Source: Eledone cirrhosa (taxonomy: Eukaryota). From it: a DNA stretch of 64,000 nucleotides. Position numbers and translations under genes: made by a program. The stretch is from NCBI GenBank assembly GCA_964016885.1, contig OZ024741.1, forward strand, positions 94,488,001 through 94,552,000. Reading direction: 5' to 3'. Every line of letters begins with the position of its first letter. Positions within the stretch are counted from its first letter, which is position 1. Shown here in pieces: positions 53,703-64,000 of the stretch. Under the pieces are notes generated by a model. The model was not told the origin of the DNA, searched no databases, and worked only from the letters and a program-made list of their open reading frames with translations.

Positions 53703-53880
53703 CAAAGACACGTGTAGGTATGTATGTCAAAAGAAAACCCATTATGTACATGGATATTTTTCCCCAATTTCAATCGTCCCATTTCGCTAAATAAATAAAG
53801 TTGAGATACTTACCGAAGCACTGATTGTATCCGAAGATAACGGCTGTTATTGCGGTAACAACCAAACTGCTAAGTATCAT
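53031..53880 (-). CDS. Candidate two-exon gene (53880-53814 joined to 53296-53031): 110-aa protein with signal-peptide-like N-terminus and C-terminal hydrophobic segment
   Basis: ATG after an in-frame stop; MILSSLVVTAITAVIFGYNQCF; donor G|GTAAGT at 53813; CTAAT branch-like site and CAG acceptor at 53297; phase-1 splice continues DGWLLPRGSSRQNCEY...STIILLFFTFIFLYLTTFAIRPCEWNHIYDLCGK*. No homology recognised. Confidence 0.4.
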
Positions 53881-54581
53881 AGGAAATGAGGCAATGGTTT
53901 ACGTTGTTTGTTGTATTGTTGTTGTTTTTTCATGTACATATAAATACTTTCCAACTGTTTATACGAATACTTTGAAACAAATAAAAAGCAATGAAACAAA
54001 GTTAAGAAACGAAACAGAATTCGAAATTCTTCTTTAATCCGTTATCTCAGCAATAATCTCTGGTAATATGGTTGCTGCTTTTGTTATTGTTGTTCTTTAT
54101 GTCATCATAGTCAAACAGAACCTTTCTTCTGGTGTTCCGTAAATGTTAATACTGGTGTTGTTGTTGTTGTTGATGATGATGATGATGATTATGATGGTGG
54201 TGGTGGTGGTGGTGGTGGTCTCTTATTGTTGTGACTGAAGTGTAAAGATATGTTACGATTTAAAATAAGATTTCAATTCTATTTTTTTCTTCATTTTTAT
54301 GTGTATTTTTGTTGTTGTTGTTGTTGTTGTTAGAATATTATTGGAAGAAGGATATTGTGTAAGTGGTGCTATTGTTATTGATCTTGTTCCTATTGATGTT
54401 GTTGCATCTGAGGTGTGATCTATATCGCCCCTGAGAGGATGCACTGTCTGTTTGTTTATGGAAGAGACCTCAATGTTGAATACCAATCATATAAGCATGT
54501 GTATGAAAGTACACAATAGTTCTATGAATGGTTCTAAATAGTTCAATCATTCTACCTATATGCGAATGGACTTACGTATAA

Positions 54582-54617
<36 letters not shown>

Positions 54618-54628
54618 ATGCGTGTTTG

Positions 54629-54664
<36 letters not shown>

Positions 54665-54716
54665 AGTGTGTGTATATATACGCGTATGTTTGTATATATA
54701 TGTATATGCGTGTCTT

Positions 54717-54783
<67 letters not shown>

Positions 54784-54814
54784 CTATATCTATATCTATA
54801 TATTTACGTGTATG

Positions 54815-54861
<47 letters not shown>

Positions 54862-55511
54862 GTATGGGAGAATAATATATAAGAATGTCAGTGACTTTCT
54901 TCTACTGATATGTTTATATATATATGTGTGTAAGTATATTTAAAAGAGAGTAGGAGTAGAAAGATCTTTGGGTGCAGGTGTAAGTTAATGTTTATGCAAA
55001 TTTAAGTGCTATGACTGGTTATGGGATTGTAATATCTTTTTTATGTGTTTGTATGTTTTCCATAAGTTAATATAAGTTAGTTTTCGTACATGCAATGCAT
55101 TTATTTCGGAGTGTATTTATATTTATATATTTATATATTTAAGTGTGTATATATACATGTGCATTAATAAATATCCAATAATAAAAAGACATATCCGCAG
55201 GTACAATCCCAGGATGCATTGAATAAATACCTATAGAAACACACTTGCTCAGTCCTAATATGACGTATACAGCAATGAAGTCAAAGTAAATATGCATTTA
55301 TATTCTTATATAAGCTTGTGTATGTTTGTGTATGTTTGTGTATGTTTGTGTATGTGCATGTGTACGATATATAAGTCTGATTATATTACTAAACTAAGCT
55401 GTCATTGTGACTGTGTGGAGTAGAACTGTTGTTAAACTGGAAGAATGAGATTTTAAGAGCCATATTATATACATATACATACACACGCACGCACATACAT
55501 ACATATATACA

Positions 55512-55588
<77 letters not shown>

Positions 55589-55597
55589 TATATATAT

Positions 55598-55692
<95 letters not shown>

Positions 55693-55697
55693 TATAA

Positions 55698-55795
<98 letters not shown>

Positions 55796-56034
55796 ATAGC
55801 ATGTGAGGGTGCGTGTGTCCGTGGTCACATGCATACATAGATATATACATACATATATATATCTCAATATATCTATAACAATCGATCAAATGTACAAATC
55901 AATAATACCGAAAATGGATTCCAATTCATGGTTTTTCTTTCGTCACGAAAAGCGAGTCAGCAGTTTCTCTCTGAACCTCCGGGTTTATCCATCGAGTTGC
56001 AAATAGACGTACAGGCGTTTGACCGAAGAAAAAT

Positions 56035-56337
56035 GACGTTGTTGCTGCTGCTGTTGTTGTTGTCGTTGTTATTGTTGGTGGTGGTGGTGATGGGGTGGTA
56101 TGGTGGTGGTGGTGGCGGTGGTGGTGGGGTGGCTGATAATGGTGTAGTTGCTGCTGCTGCTGTTGTTGTCGTCGTTGTTGTTGTTGGTGGTGGTGGTCGT
56201 GGTGGTGGTGGTCGTGGTGGTCGTGGTGGTCGTGGTGGTGGTCGTGGTAATGGTGGTCGTGGTGGTGGTGGTATGGTGGTAGTGGTGGTATGGTGGTGGC
56301 GGTGGTGGCGTCGGTGGGGTGGCTGGTAATGGTGTAG

Positions 56338-56395
<58 letters not shown>

Positions 56396-56400
56396 CGGTG
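56035..56400. repeat. (GTT)n/(GGT)n compound trinucleotide repeat with internal ~70-bp duplication
   Basis: GGTGGGGTGGCTG.TAATGGTGTAGTTG occurs at about 56123 and 56313. Confidence 0.85.
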
Positions 56401-57214
56401 GGGGTGGGGAATGATTGTAGTTGATCAACCGCAGATGAGTCCTGGTCAGACATCACTAAAAGTATTGCACCCATGACAAACACGCTTTTCCCAATTTACG
56501 AAGAACGCAGGGCCACAATAATTAATGGTGGCACTTCTTATATGGTATAGTTTGGTTTGGTTTGGTTTGATTTGGTTTGATTTCTAGCAGGCCGTGTGAC
56601 CACATGATGACTCTTTTGTGAAACAGTGTTGCTAGCACCAGTTGGGTCGAATCGATCGTTTAAAAAAATTAAAAAACATGTTGCACCTTGCTAGCGAGAG
56701 TCATTTGATTAGGACGGTAATAAATAAATGGGAAGTGACCTCTACACCGCTATTAACACAGCTTTCTCTTGTATGATTCCTTATCGCAACGGACTTCGAT
56801 AACAAGCTCTTTCTTTTCTCTCTCTATCTACCTGTGTGTATATATATATATATGTGTGTGAGTGTGTGTTTGTGTATATATATATATATGCATGTATGTG
56901 TGTATATATATATATATGCTATTTTAATATATATATATCATCATCATCATCATCATCATATATATATATATATTAAAAATAGCAGATACGTCAACAATGT
57001 GTAGCATTATATATCATATATATATATATATCTTTCGATTTCTCTCTCTCTCTCTCTCACTCTCACACACACACATACAGACACACATACTCACACATGC
57101 TCACACATGCGTTCATACAAATACACGTATGTACATATACACACACATTCATACAAATATACGTACATAGATACATGCATGCATGCATGCATACATACAT
57201 ACATATATGCATAC

Positions 57215-57823
57215 ATGGTGGCTGCCAACTCGTTTTCGAGTATGGTCACTACTTTATATCCATGTAGGAGAACCCCTACCGATGCGCTGAACGAGTGTGA
57301 CTTTTTAGTCCAGCCAGCGACTTGAAAACTCTGGTACAAACACTACACCTGTGACAATTATTGACACATAGTGCTGGGCCCATGGTACCATGTGACGACA
57401 AGTGCAGAGAGATCTCCAAATATAAAGCAATGCCTGTGCCGTGAAGCTTTTATAGTGAGCAAAGGCACTGCACAAAGCCAGTCCCACTCTCTTAACCAAG
57501 ATGATATTTACCAAAAAGAAGAACAAGTCAACATCATTGGATACCATCAGGGTTGCAGGTGTTATATCAGAGTTTTCCTTCTCCTAGAATTCTGCCTTGA
57601 CAAAGGCTAAGGGGTCATCTCTCCCAGTGATTTTGGATGGCCATTGGCTCTTAAGAGCTCCTTTGCCCTTTCACAGGTTTTGTTTTTAGTCCTGCAGGAT
57701 GTCCAAAGTCACCCTCCTCACCAAGAAACCTTGGTGGGGTTGCCAGTTTAGTCGCCAACGACCCGACCATGAGACAAGTTGTACTGGGATACGTGTTACC
57801 AGTAGCACCAACTGGTGACCTGA
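57215..57823 (-). mobile_element. Non-autonomous RTE-derived element, subfamily 1, longest copy
   Basis: Near-identical to 10022-10607 with extra 5' bases; (CATA)n flanks. Confidence 0.82.
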
Positions 57824-58240
57824 CATACATACATGCATGCATACATACATACTTTCAGACATACTCACACAAAAAGTACCCATTCACCCCACCACCACCC
57901 TACAGAAACTCACACATACATTGACATGTAGTCAGGCATACAGACAGACAAACAGACAGACTGATAAAATTTGCCAAGCTGATCTGCTTTTGTCATTTAA
58001 ATGACACTCACAACTTATATATATATATATACACATCTATATATACTCACACATATATACATACTCGCAACACCACAAAGACTTGTTGAAGTAAAAAGTT
58101 TCCTCGTTCTTTGCAATAAATTGATATCGTAATATCGCAACATAGAATATTGGTTTCCGATATTTTCATATCACTTTATCATATGCCCTTCATGCATTGA
58201 CACGCGTCATCACACTAAATCCATTATACATATCCATATA

Positions 58241-58289
<49 letters not shown>

Positions 58290-58330
58290 ATATATATGTG
58301 TGTGTATGTATGCATTTATATACATATATT

Positions 58331-58398
<68 letters not shown>

Positions 58399-59033
58399 TA
58401 TATACACATATATATATATATGTGTGTGTGCTCTAGCATATATATAAAAGGGTAAAAGAGTAATATATATATAATACAGTTAAACGAGATATTGCTCTTA
58501 AGAAAATAACTTGTACATTCCAGATATATAGAGTTCTGCTTTATTTATTTATATTCTTATATTCTTATATATTTATTTGAATTTTGGATCACCTAATCAC
58601 ATGATTTTGTGTTATCTAACGCATGTGTGTATGTGTGCGTAATCTAATAGGTGTGTATGTTTGCATAAATACATTAATGTATGTATGTATAAATGTATGT
58701 ATGTATGTGTCTATGTATGTATGTATATTTGTATATATGTATTATGCATATATGTATCTATTCATGTATATTTATGAGTATTTTAACATGTATGTTTGTA
58801 TTGTGGCTACCTGTTCTTGCAGGGATAAAATAGGATTAAATAGCTCTGTATAATAGTTGTGAATATAGGTTATATAAATATATGATGCTTGTTTAGCCAG
58901 TAAACATATCATGTGAAAGTAAAGGAACTAAGTAGGTAAGACTGGAAGAGCGTGAATGATTTACAAATACACAGGTGAATGTTTTATTTACAAATGTTAT
59001 ATGTATGTATGTAGGATGGAAGAACTCATAAGA

Positions 59034-59512
59034 ATCAACGGCCATCCAAAAATGTGTAAATATGTGTATACATGTATGCATGTGTATGTCTGTATATATA
59101 TGTATATACATGTGTGCATGTGTATATATATAATCGGCCTCGATATATATATATATATGCGCGGGGATATAGAAATAGACGGGCTGGATACCTGATCGCG
59201 CGGTTAAACCACTGGGAGTGAAGGGCCCTAGCCGTTGTCAGGGAATTCTTCTAGGAGAAAGCAACTCAGGAAACTGGGATAACTCCGATATAAAACCTGC
59301 GGCTCAGTAGTTACCGATGATGTTGATCTTTTCTTCTTTTCGGGTTATAGCTACTGTCGCTCAGAGAGTGGGATTGGCTCAGTGCACAGTTTTTCCTCAC
59401 TTTAAAAAAAATCTTCACGCACAGGCATTGCACGATAGAATTAATAAATAATTATTAATAATGGTATATCGTGCAATGGCCATACTCGATAACGAGGCGG
59501 CAGCCATCATCA
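59034..59512 (+). mobile_element. Non-autonomous RTE-derived element, subfamily 2
   Basis: Reverse complement of 9476-9816; (GTAT)n tail. Confidence 0.75.
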
Positions 59513-59577
59513 TGTATGTATGTAGTGCAAGATCAAAAATGAAAAACGTACATGCAGAACAATAAAAAAAATACATT

Positions 59578-59772
59578 ATTAAGGCGGTGGATTGGCAGTA
59601 TCGGTAGAGGGTCGGACGCCATGCTTTCCAGCATAGTTACGTCCCTTTACGATCTGAGTTCAAATCCCGCCGAGGTTGACTTTGCCTTTCATCCTTACGG
59701 GGTCGATAAAATAAAGTACAAGTAATGCACTGGGTAATTGCTGGCCTTGTGCCTAAAGTAGAAACAATTATT
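59578..59772 (+). mobile_element. tRNA-derived SINE, main family, full-length young copy
   Basis: GGCGGTGGATTGGCAGTATCGGTAGAG...GAGTTCAAATCCCGCCGAGGTTGACTTTGCCTTTCATCCTTACGGGGTCGATAAAATAAAGTAC...TAGAAACAATTATTA. Confidence 0.88.
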
Positions 59773-60251
59773 AAGTTAACGTTTATTTTAAATAGAAAAT
59801 AAAGGTGTTTTCAATGTATCAGATGTTAGCCCTTCATCAGGTAAGAGAAGACAGTGAACTTGAAAGAGGTTGAAAGAGTAAAAATAAGTGACAAAAGAAA
59901 AAAAGTGGATATTCATCAGGAGTGGGGACGTGGAAAAGCATGTAGGCGCGTATTTAGTCATGCTCGAGGGTGTATGGGCAGTTGTAGTAGCAAAGCACCA
60001 GTGTCTATGAATGGTGCTTGTGTGTGTATGCAGTTGTGGTGCATCGTGTGTGTGTGGCCCCTCTGTTTCATGTGTGAGTCTTTCTGTACACCTGTGCTAA
60101 TCTATTTATTTGTATGTATATATGCGTCAGGTGTGTGTGTGTGTGTGTTTATGTGTCTGTGTGTGTCAGTTTGTGTGTTGTTTGTGTGTATCACTCGTAG
60201 CATATGTGTGAGAAAATCAGTTTACAAGTGTGTGTGTGTGTATGTGTGCGA

Positions 60252-60283
<32 letters not shown>

Positions 60284-62759
60284 ATGTGTGCGTGTGTGTG
60301 AGCGTGTGTGTATGTGTGGTTATCTGGCATAGCTTACGTTCTAGCATGTATGTATATTTGTGTATGCTTACCTACGTATATGTGTGCGTGTGCGTGTGTG
60401 AACATTTTCTGTGTGTGTGTGTGTGCGCGTGCGAGTGTGTGTGTGTGAGTGTGTGTGTGTGTGTGCGAGTGTGTGCGTGTGTAACAGAAGAAATGGATGG
60501 TCACGGAGTGTCGCCAAAATTTTATTGAGACATATCAGTGTGTGTCTGTGTGTACCTCTCTGTGCCTGTGTACGTCTGCATGTATCTGTGTGTGTCTCTG
60601 TCATTAAAGATCCGCATGGACTAGAGCTGTGTCACTTGGGGAGCATCTACTCCGATCTAAATTATCAAATACCAGCAGATACTGTCACGGGCTAAATTCT
60701 TCCATTGGGCTTGGGGCATCTTGTTCAGTTTGAGCCATTGTCTCGGGTGATTGCAGTATATTTTCCCCTGGCCACTCTGCTGTCGAGTTATCGACACTAG
60801 CTCAGTGTCCAATATGGTAAGTACATTTAGCTATAAGTTCCTCATGCAGATGGCGCCTTTGAGAAATTTTCTAATATCAGTATGCGTTTTATATAAATAT
60901 CTGTTGCTATAATTCTGAGGCATAATGTTTATATCTGATTGCAACCGTTTTTTATTCGCATCATTAATGCATTTGATATAGGTATGAATACCACCCAGTC
61001 TTTTCAGCAGACTACAAATCTAATATTTTATATCTATGTATTTAGATATATAAACTAAGCGTTTTATGTAAGGAAGTTTGCTAATTTAAAATGTCCGTAT
61101 TTTACTTTGAATTAAATGTTTCGAGAGAATGTTTTTTTTATGTGTTCGACTTTAAGTAAAAACCAGTTGTTATTACGATGTGCATCTTTCACTGTAGTGA
61201 GTAAAAGAGTTCTCTACTACCTTCTAGGTAGTACTGTGTCTTTCCAGTACTAGCAGTAAGTTGAGAAATAGAACATACTATAACATACCACGGTGTCCAA
61301 TACAAGAGTATTCATTCGTTACATGCTGAGATGTTTCAGCTAACTAAACAAATGTAGAATACAATGACGGATAACCTATTGACTAAATAAAGCTACAATA
61401 TCAACAGATTGGGTCTTTGTTTTGTTATATGTAAATACATGGGACTTTCTGATAATTGTTGCATTGTGTCGCGACTTATATACTTTAAAGACAGCACGTG
61501 AACTTTACTTGGCAGACAACATGGTAGATTTGTTCGATGGCTAAATGATAGTTGATTGTTGAAGCACCAGTATACCTTGTGTGAAATGATAAACTGTTTT
61601 GTAGTTTACAAGTTCTGAGTTCAAGCTCTCGTGAAGTCATTTGATATTTCTAACTTCTAACGTTGATACATCAGTACTTATCTCCAAGAAAAGTAGTTTA
61701 TAATTTGAGTGTTGTTATTGTTTAGTTCCAAATAAACCCTAATTGAGCAGACCTAAGATCAAAGGTATTCCACATGTGACCATGCCATTTTTTTAAACAG
61801 TAGACTCCGTTATCCAAGTTGTCCTTCAATTCTAAGACAGTAGAGTGTAATTTGAAGAAACGTGGTTGATATTTCTAGCATTTTACATGACCATGTAGGT
61901 GGGCGTGTCATTTTTTTTTTTTTCGTTCATCAGATTTGCATTACTTAAAAGCCGTCCATAGTTGAGCCATAAGTAGACTCTGGTTACACAAAAGAACCTA
62001 TACAATTTATACATCCTTAGAGATAAGATTCCTCAATTTAATTCCTAGTTTATTAGTCTTTCATTTAAACAGCACTTCTCAAACTCTTCCAACAGACTGT
62101 TACGCTCTACATGCAGTTCATTGCTTGTCAACTGATACACGAAAGTAAGTTGTAATCTGATGTAACGTAATGTGTTCTTTGAAATATTTCCCCATTAAAC
62201 TCAGATAAGAAATTGTATCTGTGGCTAGGGTATGTAAGACTAAAACTTCCAATGCCAATACCATACAAAAGCTCAATGGTTTTCTTTGTTACTTCTTCAA
62301 ATAAGAAAACTGATAGACTGTGTGAAACACTATATATAGAACAATAACCAATAGAATTGCATTTTATATATATTTCAGTATCACAAAGTATCATATCACC
62401 GATATAGACAGTAATTTCTAAATTAAATGAAAATAGAAGCATGATAGTATTCTGCCAATCGTTTCTACTCCTACTGAATCATTTTGAGACTTTATGTTGT
62501 TATAAATAAAGATTATCATAGAAGTGTACCATACAAATTCATCGAAAATAAGGCATATTTCAATGAAAACAAATCCCTAAGGTAAATACTACAGTGTATT
62601 AATACAAAGATATACTTAAATGAACGTAAAAGTAGACTAAGTAATGTGTACATTACATTAACGGGATTAGAATACAGAATGTAGAAGGGTTTCATTAATG
62701 CTAGAAATATGAGATTCACTGCTATTTAGAAGAAAACACACAAGTTCTCTCTACTGCCA

Positions 62760-63130
62760 ACTTCCACTGCACTGAGTGACTGCGATGCCGTGGCTAATGA
62801 TGCACAGGTGTGGTCGTCTTTTGTCAAGCATGGTTTTTTTTCTTGTTGTTTTTCATCCAGAGTTTGTCTCTATGGATTATCCATAAACCAAGCTTGGGAG
62901 GGAGAGGGGTTTCTGACATTTAGAATGTTCTTAGGCACTCATAACTATCTATTAATCGGGCAATGTGTCCCGTTGAACAGTAGCCTTGCATTTTATAGAA
63001 AGTTAGTAGCTGGTATTAGTAATATGTTTGGCGGATGCTATGGACATTGATGGAGATCAACAGGACAGTCTTTTTTTCTTTGTGGTCGAAGAATATGTAT
63101 AACTTTAATGGTCTGGCAAACTTAGCCAGT
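62760..63130 (+). pseudogene. Old fragment of Tx1-type ORF2 C-terminal region
   Basis: NDAQVWSSFVKHGF and SLAFYRKLVAG resemble GQPVWAPFVKRAF and TSSFYRGLVAS in ORF2 at 1415-4852. Confidence 0.55.
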
Positions 63131-63253
63131 GTTATGTTTTTGTGTTCTTTACTCACTTCTTCTTTGTTCAAACTTGTCAGGTATTAACTTTTTTAATTAT
63201 CTAAAAATGCTGGAAATAATCTTTCATTTCTAACTAAAACCATTGAAAACTTG

Positions 63254-63774
63254 CCGTATATATTCGTGTATAAGCTGAAAATATATAACAAAAAAAATTG
63301 GATGAGAAAATGCTTATATTCGACGTCAATATTTTGCCGATGTTCACCAACTTAAAAATTCTATATAAATGAGGTGCTAAAATATTTTAAATGAGGTGCT
63401 TTTAGAGGTGAATATTACACCGGTTTCACTTTGTGGGTGAATATTACACTGGTTTCCCTGTGGAGGTGAAATTCGTATTTTCTATTGTATTTGTTTATGT
63501 CTTGAATGAATATGGCCTTCAAAACGGTTAGAAATTGGTGAAAAATCATTACGTAATGGATTTGTGAAACAAAAATTATATTCTAAACGACACTTAAAAC
63601 ATTTTAAATACTTCATGAATACATTTTCCACTAATGAGAATTTCAAAACCACACCATCTAAACATAATGTGTTGATTACTTGCCTCGACATATAAACGAG
63701 GTTTGGGTTTTTGCCTATTTCTTAGACATAAAATAGACTTATATTCGAATCGACTTATATTCGAGGATATGCGG
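63254..63774. mobile_element. Non-autonomous mariner/pogo-like DNA transposon
   Basis: TIRs CCGTATATATTCGTGTATAAG / CTTATATTCGAGGATATGCGG; TG/TA flanks; repeated GACTTATATTCGA subterminal motif. Confidence 0.6.
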
Positions 63775-64000
63775 TAAGTGTGCTCGTTTGTGTGTGTATA
63801 TCTATGTGTTTTTGAAAGGTGGCCTTCTTAAAGCTAGGGGGGGGGGGGCAGGTGTTAACATAGGGGCTTGATGCTTGGAGAAAGATAATTCAAGGAACAG
63901 ATAATCTTATTAACAATAACGGGGATTCTATTTCTATACGTTAGGCACACTATATGATATTTAGCAATTGTGACGTTCATTTACTTTCACAGTCTGAAAT

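Noticed and set aside
55926-56483. 185-aa N/H/Q/T-rich minus-strand ORF
   Set aside because: Mostly trinucleotide repeat, and its internal duplication is read in different frames, which argues against coding. Could be UTR of the downstream candidate gene.
62128-62719. Two AT-rich minus-strand ORFs
   Set aside because: No recognisable motifs or convincing splice signals.

Overview
Repeat-rich eukaryotic, mostly intergenic or intronic DNA. The microsatellite load and the SINE families suggest a coleoid cephalopod such as Octopus (inference). Almost all short ORFs in the track are translated microsatellites. The real content is as follows. (1) One apparently intact two-ORF L1/Tx1-type LINE (about 1201-6998, minus) sits inside a (GATA)n tract. 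(2) Two young 5'-truncated Penelope-like elements (RT plus GIY-YIG) with inverted pseudo-LTRs sit in (TA)n. (3) Degraded R4/Dong-like, CRE-like, RTE and CR1/L2-like LINE fragments. (4) A multi-copy non-autonomous RTE-derived family always found in (CATA)n. (5) Many tRNA-derived SINEs, several MITEs and a Helitron-like remnant. (6) A candidate 110-aa two-exon signal-peptide/membrane gene (53031-53880, minus). The most notable observations are about ten minimal type I hammerhead ribozyme motifs from several unrelated sequence families, including a 440-bp terminally redundant, non-coding, retrozyme-like unit; a family of covarying ~100-bp foldback hairpins in (TA)n; and an apparent partitioning of microsatellite targets among retroelement families. 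Everything was read by eye with no database searches, so element boundaries are approximate.
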